IMG/VR virus record: IMGVR_UViG_3300028914_000001
Location: 317,489 to 381,488 of that record
DNA length: 64,000 nt
Origin: a virus
Lineage: Duplodnaviria; Heunggongvirae; Uroviricota; Caudoviricetes
Reading direction: 5' to 3' (one strand)
A program made the position numbers and the translations under genes. Each line of letters starts with the position of its first letter. The first letter of the stretch is position 1. Below are positions 28,667-37,547 of this stretch, piece by piece. The notes under the pieces are model-generated. The model was not told where the DNA came from. It worked only from the letters and a program-made list of their open reading frames with translations, and did no database searches.

Positions 28667-29464
28667 TTATTCATCGTAGTCGTCGAAGAACAGTCCGTAC
28701 TCCCTCATCCATGCACGGGCCCCGATTTGGTCGGCCCGTTTTTTCATTTCCTTCACGTTGAAGTTGTACACGTCCCACCAAGGGATTTCAACAAGGAGGA
28801 ACGGCGATTTTGCACCCATAGCTTCTACGCAGAGCTTGTAGAAGGCGTTGTCGGTCCCGTTGGTAGCGGACGATATGATTATCTTGTTGAATACCCCGCA
28901 GGTAATTGTCGGGAAGAATGCCTTGACTATGTGTTCCTGTTGTTCCTTGGTTGCGAACGCAAAGTCGTCTAGGAACATGTAGTTGACACGGGGTGTTATC
29001 AAGTAGGTTTTACTGGAATCTTCTACGTTATCGAGTGTACCGTATGACTTTGCTACGATAACGGAGTCTGTTGTAGTGTTTCTAATCTCGCCCTTATTGA
29101 ACTTGATTGACAACCCGTCATTGTACCATTCCGCAGGAAGGTTTTTTAGAGAGAAGGCGATTTTACCCACTATTTCGCATGCCCTTGCCAGCTTGGTTGA
29201 AACGACCGTTATCGTAACACCTTCCTCGAACAGCAGCTTGTGCATGATGAACAGCGTCGCTTCAAGCGTGGAGCCAGACTGTCTCGGCTGTTTCAGAATC
29301 AGGTTTCTCTTGTTGCCGCAGATTGGCGGAAGCTGCATAAGGGTCAGAACCTTCCGTTGGTAACCCCTCGTGGACATGCGTTCTGTCCCGTTGCAGTTCT
29401 GTACATAGGTGAATTTCGCAAGGTCGAAAATGTTGTCCTTGCAGTTAAGGAATGATTTACTCAT
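28667..29464 (-). CDS. terminase large subunit ATPase domain only, degenerate (T4 gp17-like)
   Basis: RGYQ adenine motif, PRQSGST (Walker A K->S), YMFLDDFAF (catalytic E->D), ISSATNG; ends before the nuclease domain. Confidence 0.8.
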   Translation of the reverse strand: MSKSFLNCKDNIFDLAKFTYVQNCNGTERMSTRGYQRKVLTLMQLPPICGNKRNLILKQPRQSGSTLEATLFIMHKLLFEEGVTITVVSTKLARACEIVGKIAFSLKNLPAEWYNDGLSIKFNKGEIRNTTTDSVIVAKSYGTLDNVEDSSKTYLITPRVNYMFLDDFAFATKEQQEHIVKAFFPTITCGVFNKIIISSATNGTDNAFYKLCVEAMGAKSPFLLVEIPWWDVYNFNVKEMKKRADQIGARAWMREYGLFFDDYDE

Positions 29465-29543
29465 ATTGTACCCCGTATGTTAACCAGCAGACGGAATTGC
29501 CGACTGGCCGAAGCATAATTAAAGTATATTTTCACGATTTCCC

Positions 29544-29572
29544 TTGACAGGAACGGGTTTTTGAGCTATATT
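29544..29572 (+). promoter_or_regulatory. sigma70-type promoter
   Basis: TTGACA-N17-TATATT. Confidence 0.8.
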
Positions 29573-29589
29573 GTCGAACGAGGTATATT

Positions 29590-30009
29590 ATGAGAATGCC
29601 TAGATTTTATTACATAATGAAGCACAAGTTGCATGCGTTCGTCGCCCGCAACTTCACTGGATGTGCATACTGCAACGAAAAGAAATTGTGGAAGATGTTC
29701 GGCGAAAAGTGCGTCCCGCTGGACAACTTCAATACTCTGATGGATAGCGTCCCGGTCGGAGACGGCAAGACAAAGTACGCCTGCTACTTCTACCCCAAGC
29801 AGCGCTGCATCGATGTCAACCGAGTGGACGAGAACGGGAAGTACATCACTGTCGAATCAATCTTCGTACACAACTGCCCCGAATGCGGAAGGCCATTGCC
29901 GTATATGCTCGGTAACAAGAAAAAGAAGGAAAAGGTGGTCATCGCTTCGACGCCCAAGGGCCCTAACGTGTTCTACAACATGTGGAAAAAGGCGGTTGGA
30001 ACAAGATGA
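29590..30009 (+). CDS. Zn-ribbon hypothetical protein
   Basis: CAYC..CPECGR. Confidence 0.65.
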   Translation: MRMPRFYYIMKHKLHAFVARNFTGCAYCNEKKLWKMFGEKCVPLDNFNTLMDSVPVGDGKTKYACYFYPKQRCIDVNRVDENGKYITVESIFVHNCPECGRPLPYMLGNKKKKEKVVIASTPKGPNVFYNMWKKAVGTR

Positions 30010-30251
30010 AGACCAAGATTATCTATAAGGGTTCCGTCTGGCGGAGCTATTACTGCGAAGTCAACCTGAAGCAGTTGAGCAAGGAACTTGCTGACAGGCT
30101 GATGGACTCTTCCGATATTTCCACTTGCCTGAACACCCATATCATCAACAAGGAGTTGACTCCTGACGATGTGGTAAAACTTATCGACTTCCTCAAAGAG
30201 AAGGAAGTTTGGAACAATGTGGCCCGTCTGGTCGTAAATGAAGATAGTTGA
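30006..30251 (+). CDS. hypothetical protein
   Basis: Coupled ORF. Confidence 0.55.
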   Translation: MKTKIIYKGSVWRSYYCEVNLKQLSKELADRLMDSSDISTCLNTHIINKELTPDDVVKLIDFLKEKEVWNNVARLVVNEDS

Positions 30252-30253
30252 TT

Positions 30254-30475
30254 ATGAAAATCATGTTGCTGTGGCTTAAAGTCGTATTATTCTGTGTAAT
30301 CCTACTGCTGCCGACGATTATCGGAGGGGTTACTGAAACTACTAGGATTCTTAGCAAGCAGATGTCTATGCTGATATTCCTTCCGATACAGTTTTTATGG
30401 GTTCCCGTGCCTTTCCTGATGTTCAGGAAATCTTCTAAGGATATTGACGAGTTGCTGAAAAGGTTTGAGGACTAA
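30254..30475 (+). CDS. membrane protein
   Basis: Two TM segments. Confidence 0.55.
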   Translation: MKIMLLWLKVVLFCVILLLPTIIGGVTETTRILSKQMSMLIFLPIQFLWVPVPFLMFRKSSKDIDELLKRFED

Positions 30476-30477
30476 AA

Positions 30478-31011
30478 ATGAAAGAAGAACTTACATACGA
30501 AGATGTCATGCGCTATATTGAACAGCTTGTCGTTGGAGCTGACAAACGGACGATGAACAAGCTCATCGACGAAGCCCAGTCGGGACTTGGACGCATATAC
30601 GAAAACGAGTCAAAAGCAATCGAGGAGAAGAAGGAAAAGAAGTTCCTGCTCATCATCGACAGTTTCGCCCCGCTTGCCGAATGTCTCGAATCCGGCGCCG
30701 AAGTCGACGAATATTCAAGCAACATCGCCGTCCGTGAAGTCGCACGGGAATACTTCTACGGCAATGACGACCTGACCCCTCCCTTCACGGATAGAACTTT
30801 CGGGAAAGGCAAGCCAGTAGACCATGACTGCATGGTATATGCGGTAGACATTCTCCGTAAGGCCACTAAGCACCCTCGCCTATGTGCGTATTGGCAAACC
30901 AGCGTGTGCTACTCCGACGAAGGCGTCAAGCACCTTAAATCCCTCTTCGAGTACATGTACACCGTCATGGACAACGCATGCACATGTTACAGGAGAAAAA
31001 CAGCGAAATGA
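30478..31011 (+). CDS. hypothetical protein
   Basis: GAGG RBS. Confidence 0.65.
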   Translation: MKEELTYEDVMRYIEQLVVGADKRTMNKLIDEAQSGLGRIYENESKAIEEKKEKKFLLIIDSFAPLAECLESGAEVDEYSSNIAVREVAREYFYGNDDLTPPFTDRTFGKGKPVDHDCMVYAVDILRKATKHPRLCAYWQTSVCYSDEGVKHLKSLFEYMYTVMDNACTCYRRKTAK

Positions 31012-31039
31012 GCATTGAAAATTTTAATGGAGGTATGTT

Positions 31040-31489
31040 ATGACCGAACTGGAAGGATGGCTGTCTCTTGTACATCCAGAGATACTTGTGGAATTTGACG
31101 AGGCAGTGCGTAATGACAAGCACTTTACCAAATTGCCCCCAAGCCCCCTGTATTTCGCAATGAAGAAATCTATCGACGAGCTTATCGGAGAATCTGGAAT
31201 CGAATTTGAGCAGCGTCCCCTTGGCCCGGAAATTAACCATTGCGTCGGATATTACTACAATGACGAGCTCGTCTTCAAGTATTGCATGCTGTGTATCAAC
31301 GGAGGTCATAACCCAAGGATGACTTACTGGGATGACTTCACGAAGCATACGAACACGGAAAAGGAAGGCATATGCTACAACAGGGGTGCTTGCCATGAAA
31401 CGACGGACACCCACAAGTTCATCGGTGCCATCAAGCTCATAATCAAGCAGATACAACAGAAAGGCAAGACAGTCGATGAAAAAGTTTAA
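31040..31489 (+). CDS. hypothetical protein
   Basis: GGAGG RBS. Confidence 0.65.
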   Translation: MTELEGWLSLVHPEILVEFDEAVRNDKHFTKLPPSPLYFAMKKSIDELIGESGIEFEQRPLGPEINHCVGYYYNDELVFKYCMLCINGGHNPRMTYWDDFTKHTNTEKEGICYNRGACHETTDTHKFIGAIKLIIKQIQQKGKTVDEKV

Positions 31490-31620
31490 TCCGTATCACT
31501 ACGCATTGGCACTCATCTTGCCTGCAAGGCATAAGATGGCCGCCCCATCGTGCCGTATAGTTCCTATGCAGTACTCAATGAATCCGGGCAAACAGTATCA
31601 CCGGGTAGGATGAGGATATC

Positions 31621-32520
31621 ATGCACTTCAAGCAAGAGTTCAAGTTCAGGCTTGGCGACAGGGTTATCTACAAGGACCCGACATCTGGTGAAACCGAAGA
31701 AGTCACCATCCGTCAGCGAACCCTCAGGATAGACAAGGACGGTCAGAAGGTGTCCTATGTGTGCAGGGAAGGAAACCACAAGCATGTCTCCTACTGGGAT
31801 GAAATGGCCGAGGAGAACCTTTCCTTTGCGGGTGAAAAACACGGAACCGACGTGGTCGATGGTGACATCCTTGACGGACTCGGTGAACACCTCGAAATAG
31901 GCGACACCGTGTTCTATGACGTGTATTACTGTGCCAATGGCATCCGTGTCGAAGACCGTGTTCCGAACGTCGATTTTACCTTTGCAAAAGAGCTTGAAAT
32001 AGACCACTTCAAGATTGACTGGTATATCGAAGTAGGGTTCAAAGACGGTAAAGTGGTTGACGACGTTGATAAAGTGTATTACGAGAAGTATGTACACGGA
32101 AAGCTGACTTTCGAGGACTTGACTGTTGGCGAAAAACGGTATGGAATGCAAAAGGGGTTCCCGTTGCGGGAATGGGCTAGGAATACCCATAAGACCATCG
32201 GAGAGAACTTCGCTCAGGAGTATGTCGCAGCCCTTTCAAGACCGGGATATGAGTTGATTGGCAAAGATGACGCCAAGAAAGCGTGGAAGTCTCGGAACGA
32301 AGGTGAACATGACTTCTATGTCATCAAGCGGTGGCTGACCCATCTGGGCAAGTTCGACGAGGTTGTTAAGCTTATGGACGAACGAAAGTCGGAACCGAAG
32401 CAGAAACCCAAGCCGACAAAGAAAGCCGTCAAGAAACAAAAGGATTCAAGCATTGACGACATCATGGAAAAACTGAAATCCGACCCGAAGCTGCTCGCCA
32501 AGGTCAAGAAAATGCTTTAA
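31621..32520 (+). CDS. hypothetical protein
   Basis: GAGGA RBS; 299 aa. Confidence 0.7.
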   Translation: MHFKQEFKFRLGDRVIYKDPTSGETEEVTIRQRTLRIDKDGQKVSYVCREGNHKHVSYWDEMAEENLSFAGEKHGTDVVDGDILDGLGEHLEIGDTVFYDVYYCANGIRVEDRVPNVDFTFAKELEIDHFKIDWYIEVGFKDGKVVDDVDKVYYEKYVHGKLTFEDLTVGEKRYGMQKGFPLREWARNTHKTIGENFAQEYVAALSRPGYELIGKDDAKKAWKSRNEGEHDFYVIKRWLTHLGKFDEVVKLMDERKSEPKQKPKPTKKAVKKQKDSSIDDIMEKLKSDPKLLAKVKKML

Positions 32521-32531
32521 GGAGGCATCGT

Positions 32532-32957
32532 ATGGAAGAACAGGAAGAAAAAGAAGAAAAGGAAGTGTACAGGGACAGACCAGACTTGGTAGAAGCCCTG
32601 AAGGGAACGTATATCCGTCCGTTCATAAAGATTGATGATTGGAATGGGCAAGAATCCGATGCTTTCGCCGAAATACGGTCGATTTCAGAAGTTGTAGGCC
32701 AGACATCCGTGAAATTGATTCTTAGAAAGGTATCTTTTGCTAGGAGTCAGAACCATACCGTAATCACCTCGGAAGACGAAACTCCATGGTGGATGTTCAA
32801 GAAGAATGCAGATGATGAACTGACTGTCGAGATGATACTTGCCCACAGGATTCAGGTGTCCCGTGAAGAACTGGTCGAATTTGCCAGGAAGACACTACAA
32901 CAGTCTTTACAGGTGATGGAAGACATGGGGATAACCAAGGCGGAACTGCTGAGGTAA
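32532..32957 (+). CDS. hypothetical protein
   Basis: AAGGAGG RBS. Confidence 0.65.
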   Translation: MEEQEEKEEKEVYRDRPDLVEALKGTYIRPFIKIDDWNGQESDAFAEIRSISEVVGQTSVKLILRKVSFARSQNHTVITSEDETPWWMFKKNADDELTVEMILAHRIQVSREELVEFARKTLQQSLQVMEDMGITKAELLR

Positions 32958-33260
32958 GCGATGACCGACATGACAATCAGACTGTATATCGAAGGCAATT
33001 ACCTGTGCGGCAGACTCTCTATCAATGAGTGGAATGCCCTGTTTGCTCGTTATGAAAATGACCCGAACTCGAAAATCATCGACCACCTTGAGGATTCCGA
33101 GAACGACCGAGACTACGCCGTTATCGAAACCACGTTGCAAACCGTGCTTGACAAGGGTGCCGTTATGGACTTGCAGTTCCTTAGGGCCGTAAAAGAGGGC
33201 GACAAGTGGCAAACCAAATGCTTGCACTAGAGTGTTTACAAGCCCTGAGGTAAGCGATGA
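32949..33260 (+). repeat. 16-bp direct repeat CTGAGGTAAGCGATGA flanking one gene
   Basis: Copies at 32949-32964 and 33245-33260. Confidence 0.85.
32961..33230 (+). CDS. hypothetical protein
   Basis: GAGG RBS inside the repeat. Confidence 0.6.
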   Translation: MTDMTIRLYIEGNYLCGRLSINEWNALFARYENDPNSKIIDHLEDSENDRDYAVIETTLQTVLDKGAVMDLQFLRAVKEGDKWQTKCLH

Positions 33261-33262
33261 AG

Positions 33263-33294
33263 AAACCCGCTTGCGAATTGAGCAGGCGGGCTTT
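33263..33294. terminator. bidirectional terminator
   Basis: AAACCCGCTTGC..GCAGGCGGGCTTT between convergent genes. Confidence 0.7.
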
Positions 33295-33297
33295 GGT

Positions 33298-33936
33298 TCA
33301 GTGTGCTCTTATGAAGTTTAAAATCTGGGCTTGATGGGTTTTACAAAAATACTCGGGATTTGGGTTAAAACTATTTTGTATCTTACCTCGTTCGGTGTCA
33401 TCAAAGATTATTAAATGGGTGTCATCGGTATATTTTAAAAACTCCTTATATTTGGTTATTAAAACAATTTTATATTTAGTATTCAAGTTTAAAATTTTCT
33501 GCTCCTTTTCAAAAGTATAATCAAATAAGCTCGGTTCATTTCGTTCATACTCCCCAAGAATAACAAAACTAGGGGGCTCGTTCATTCTTTGTAATCTGCT
33601 TGTATATTTGTCAACTACATATTCCCATATTTTATCATACCATACATCAAATCCTCTTACCATAGGAGTTGTTATGTCTTTATCGAAATAATAATGTGTA
33701 TAATGAACGTCTACTTTATTGTCAATTACCAACTTAAATGTATTTAATGGATTCGGCGACTCGTTAAATTCGGACTTTTCTATTTCAAAGTTATTGAAAT
33801 TTATATTATCCCAATCCTTTATCATATTGTACATACTATCAGCTAATATAGCACACCAAATAAAAGGGTTAGTAAACTGTAATCCATTAAACTTATAGAG
33901 AAATCCGCCAAGGCAATTATTTGACACCACATTCAT
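33298..33936 (-). CDS. DUF1919-like polysaccharide-locus protein
   Basis: VSNNCLGGFLY..NPF N-terminus. Confidence 0.7.
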   Translation of the reverse strand: MNVVSNNCLGGFLYKFNGLQFTNPFIWCAILADSMYNMIKDWDNINFNNFEIEKSEFNESPNPLNTFKLVIDNKVDVHYTHYYFDKDITTPMVRGFDVWYDKIWEYVVDKYTSRLQRMNEPPSFVILGEYERNEPSLFDYTFEKEQKILNLNTKYKIVLITKYKEFLKYTDDTHLIIFDDTERGKIQNSFNPNPEYFCKTHQAQILNFIRAH

Positions 33937-34378
33937 TTTGACCTATCAATGCCTCCCTAAATTTACTTGAACTATAATCATGTTCCCTTTTGTTGTAATA
34001 AATTTTTATTTCTGGAATATCATGTCCCGTATGCGGGGTTCCTTTATATTCTTCCCCAACAAACCTAATAGTTGGCTTGATTATCTTTAACATATTTTCC
34101 AAATCACGCTCAGTATCAAATGGAATAACCATATCGACATACTTATTGGAAGTAACTTGAATCCAGCGTTCAAATGTTGTTTGACATGGTTTGTTCTTGT
34201 TTTTACGTGAAATTGTTGGGTCGGTTAAAAGACCCACTATTAAAAAATCACAATTATGTTTTGCCTCCATGAGCATAAGGTCATGGCCACAGTGGGGTCC
34301 CAACTCAAATGTGCTACACGTAAAGCCGATTACTTTACCTTCCTGCTTTAATTCAATAATTTTATCTAAGCAATCCAT
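33917..34378 (-). CDS. cytidylyltransferase (TagD/glycerol-3-phosphate CT-like)
   Basis: GFTCSTF..HCGH, LIVGL, RFVGEEY, REHDYSSS. Confidence 0.85.
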   Translation of the reverse strand: MDCLDKIIELKQEGKVIGFTCSTFELGPHCGHDLMLMEAKHNCDFLIVGLLTDPTISRKNKNKPCQTTFERWIQVTSNKYVDMVIPFDTERDLENMLKIIKPTIRFVGEEYKGTPHTGHDIPEIKIYYNKREHDYSSSKFREALIGQNECGVK

Positions 34379-35393
34379 ATAATTCGATAATCCTCTCAAC
34401 GGTTTTTCCTTTTAATTGTTTATCAGCGTATTTATAAATACGAATCCAATGCGATAGTTCAGAAAGTAAACATAGAGTTTTCATTTGCGAATAGTTATTG
34501 AGTAAGGTATCGTATTCTAGTCTTCTATCATAACGGTTAAACGAATGTAATAACTTCCCAATATCTAAGATGTATGATGAAAACAAGTTATCATCAAAAT
34601 TTGGGTCAATAAGATATACGTTGCCACATACGAAAAGTATGTTATCTACGGTTAAGTCACCATGAGAAAAACTCCGCTTCGATTCGAACTCCTTAGCGTG
34701 TGTCTTGAACAAGCTTAATATACCATCTTTATCCTCTGATGCTATGTCTACTATATTCTCTAGGTGTACTTTGCATCGCTCGATATAGCTATCAAATGAG
34801 GCGTTTGATATACTGGGTATAGTTTTCTCTCTGTTTATAACCTTATCAATTACGTCAAATACGTTGAAGCCATCATCATCCTCGTTGAGATATTCCATGC
34901 ATATAGTTTTCCCAATAACACTATAAATTTTAGGTACCTTGAAGAATGTTTTTGCGACTGAATACCATTTAACCGTTTGTGCGGTATTTTCGGCTGTTTT
35001 ATATACTTTATTGTCACGTAGTTCAGTCACCGCTCCACTCAAACCGCCTTTAAATTGTTCGAAAGTCAAGTTTAAAAATTCTTCGGGTTTATATGCTTTA
35101 TCATCTATATAATATGATGCTAATTTTTTATCGAAACTTAATTCCGTGTATTTGCAGTTATGCTTTTTAAGCCATTCCTCTATTTGGCTGTAGTACTTTA
35201 GCTTGGCCTCTTCTCGTGTTGTGCAAGACAGACTTCCTCTGGCTGTGATGTAATAAACATCCCAGCCTAAATCATATAACTCATTTAGTTTTTGTATCAA
35301 TGCCTCGTTCGCCCGAGCATTTTCAAAATCACGATTTATGGTAAATGAAACACAATCGTCTATATCTACGACAATGCTATGCGGATATGACAT
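34362..35393 (-). CDS. HAD phosphatase fused to APH/choline-kinase-like domain
   Basis: VVDIDD, TARG, YIDDKA; then HGDLTVDNIL, YLIDP. Confidence 0.8.
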   Translation of the reverse strand: MSYPHSIVVDIDDCVSFTINRDFENARANEALIQKLNELYDLGWDVYYITARGSLSCTTREEAKLKYYSQIEEWLKKHNCKYTELSFDKKLASYYIDDKAYKPEEFLNLTFEQFKGGLSGAVTELRDNKVYKTAENTAQTVKWYSVAKTFFKVPKIYSVIGKTICMEYLNEDDDGFNVFDVIDKVINREKTIPSISNASFDSYIERCKVHLENIVDIASEDKDGILSLFKTHAKEFESKRSFSHGDLTVDNILFVCGNVYLIDPNFDDNLFSSYILDIGKLLHSFNRYDRRLEYDTLLNNYSQMKTLCLLSELSHWIRIYKYADKQLKGKTVERIIELYGLLR

Positions 35394-35394
35394 A

Positions 35395-36030
35395 TCAACC
35401 TCCTATTATTATCGGTGCGTTATACGCATTCAACTTGTAATGGTCTATAAATGTATCGAGCCCAGTAAGTTCGATAATATGGCCAATACAACGGCGTGGA
35501 GCTTTATAAATATTGTACACCTCTGTGTATTCGTTTAAAATAGAAAATAACCATGAGCAATAGAGGTTAAATATCTCTGCTTTACCAACGAACATATTGT
35601 GCTGGCAACTTTGTTTAGCATTAAGTGCTTTCATATATGATTTTACACAACTTGGGCATATATATCGTAATGCGCAATACACATGAAAGACTTCATTTTT
35701 AAGACCCCCAAATCCAAACCCCCGGTCCAAATGCCATAGGCGTGTATTGGGTTCTAGTCCAGTGCGGTGGACTATGATGTCATATTTATTCAATTTTTCG
35801 TTCATCTCGGATTCGTTTATATCGAACGCTTTCCTGTATTGGTCTAGCCCAAATACTTCTGAATTGGTAACATTTTTGTATAGATAATATAGTCCAGTCA
35901 GCTCACAGTACCATGGGTTTAATGAGTCAATGTTTTCCTCAGTATGGGGCTTATCAACATAGTAATGCTCAGTTTTATACTTTCGGCTGATGAATTTTTT
36001 ATTGCTTGGTCCTGAGGTAAAAATTATCAT
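35395..36030 (-). CDS. DUF4422 (GT111-like) glycosyltransferase
   Basis: ENIDSLNPWYCELTGLY, GLDQYR, HNMF, YCSWLF. Confidence 0.8.
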   Translation of the reverse strand: MIIFTSGPSNKKFISRKYKTEHYYVDKPHTEENIDSLNPWYCELTGLYYLYKNVTNSEVFGLDQYRKAFDINESEMNEKLNKYDIIVHRTGLEPNTRLWHLDRGFGFGGLKNEVFHVYCALRYICPSCVKSYMKALNAKQSCQHNMFVGKAEIFNLYCSWLFSILNEYTEVYNIYKAPRRCIGHIIELTGLDTFIDHYKLNAYNAPIIIGG

Positions 36031-36038
36031 ATTTCCTC

Positions 36039-37082
36039 CTAAACTCTAACGGCACCATTATTGGAATACGGCGCCCAATATATTTTGTAATTTTTCATTG
36101 TTAGCCAAGCGCCAAAGAAAAACTCGCTAATATAGCCGTTTATTCTTCTGTTATTTTCAGTAAGAATTACCTTTTTATTGTATTCGGCGAATGTATTGAA
36201 AAGCCAATTAAAGTACTCATCAATAACCTGTCTCTTACCAATCATCAAATTTCCTTGACAATGCCATTGCCCATATAAAAACTCATTGAAAAAATTAGCA
36301 ACATCATTTCCGTACATTTCACGCACAGTGCCGATGAACGCAAAGAAGTCATCTTTTTTGCCGTTTCGTATCGGCCAGGTGAAAATATGCGAACCATTTC
36401 CATTTGGATAATGTTCTTTGGCACAAATCACGTCGAAGTCAGTAAGTATAGAGGAGATTTCTGCTTCGCCCAATAAATTATGCTTGGTTGAATCAAGGAA
36501 AAAACGACGATATTGTTCTAGTCCGACGATATTTGCATCGCAGTGTTTCAATAAGTAGTATAATCCGCTCAGCTCACAATACCACGGATTTAATGTATCT
36601 ATATTGTCTCCGTCATGGTGTTCATCTATCAAATACTTCTCACGGATAGTGTCTAATGGACGAAATTCATTCTTGCTACTACCGACTACATATATTTTAA
36701 TGTTTGAGTGCTTGTCTGAATCATGATTTGCAACAGTGGTGGTATCCATTTGTTTATTCTTAGAATGAATCTTTAATTTAAACTCCTGGAATTGTCGTTC
36801 ATGCCAACTAAGTTCATCGTCACTTAACTGTATATAACTATTATGAAAGCTTGGGTCAGCGTAAGTTGGTGAGGCATGAGGTGCATCCTTCATGCGGTTA
36901 ATGATGTTATCTAGCTGAGACCCAGTGCCAAAATGGAACTTCGGCATCTCTCTTTGTCTTGCCTCAAATGCAGCAGCATCCTGTTCAACCTTGGTCGGTA
37001 GTTTAGGGTTTGTCACGGCGGGTACGCCAACATGAGGTGCATTACGCATCCTGTTCAGGATGTCTTCAAAAGACGTTCCCAT
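36039..37082 (-). CDS. DUF4422 (GT111-like) glycosyltransferase with N-terminal extension
   Basis: DNIDTLNPWYCELSGLY, GLEQYRRF, RINGYISE. Confidence 0.8.
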   Translation of the reverse strand: MGTSFEDILNRMRNAPHVGVPAVTNPKLPTKVEQDAAAFEARQREMPKFHFGTGSQLDNIINRMKDAPHASPTYADPSFHNSYIQLSDDELSWHERQFQEFKLKIHSKNKQMDTTTVANHDSDKHSNIKIYVVGSSKNEFRPLDTIREKYLIDEHHDGDNIDTLNPWYCELSGLYYLLKHCDANIVGLEQYRRFFLDSTKHNLLGEAEISSILTDFDVICAKEHYPNGNGSHIFTWPIRNGKKDDFFAFIGTVREMYGNDVANFFNEFLYGQWHCQGNLMIGKRQVIDEYFNWLFNTFAEYNKKVILTENNRRINGYISEFFFGAWLTMKNYKIYWAPYSNNGAVRV

Positions 37083-37113
37083 CTTTACGCTCTCCTTAAA
37101 ATTTTCTATATTC

Positions 37114-37127
37114 TAGTTTATAAACTG
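37114..37127. promoter_or_regulatory. palindromic, bidirectional late-promoter motif
   Basis: AGTTTATAAACT gives TATAAACT on both strands between divergent genes. Confidence 0.6.
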
Positions 37128-37154
37128 ATATCGTAACAAGGATTTTTACCACCT

Positions 37155-37514
37155 ATGATAGAGACGCTTTGCTGGCTTTCCGGCATCCTCGGGGCATTCT
37201 TCTTCGCCATCAACCTTGCACCTCAGATAGCCAAGTGCTACCGTACCAAGTCCTGCGGGGGAATCAGCCGCATGTTCCTGGTATTCGCCTTCTGCGGCAA
37301 CATTTTCAGTGCGATTTTCGTGCTGTACACGAACCTGAAGACGGGGCTGTGGCAGTATCCAATCTATTTCAATTACGGCGTGGCCACGTTCCTGACGGCG
37401 GTGCTCACGGTGATGAAGGTCCGTTACAGCCTCCGTTCCGCCCATGTAAGGAACACGATACCCATAATGGGTTACGACGGCTCGTTGGAATACCTTTACG
37501 ACGAAGCGGCTTGA
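37155..37514 (+). CDS. PQ-loop (SemiSWEET-like) membrane protein
   Basis: Three TM helices, LAPQIAKCYRTKSCGGIS. Confidence 0.8.
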   Translation: MIETLCWLSGILGAFFFAINLAPQIAKCYRTKSCGGISRMFLVFAFCGNIFSAIFVLYTNLKTGLWQYPIYFNYGVATFLTAVLTVMKVRYSLRSAHVRNTIPIMGYDGSLEYLYDEAA

Positions 37515-37539
37515 CAACATCCATTGAATTGTGTATATT
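37511..37539 (+). promoter_or_regulatory. sigma70-type promoter
   Basis: TTGACA-N17-TATATT. Confidence 0.8.
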
Positions 37540-37547
37540 TAACTGGC

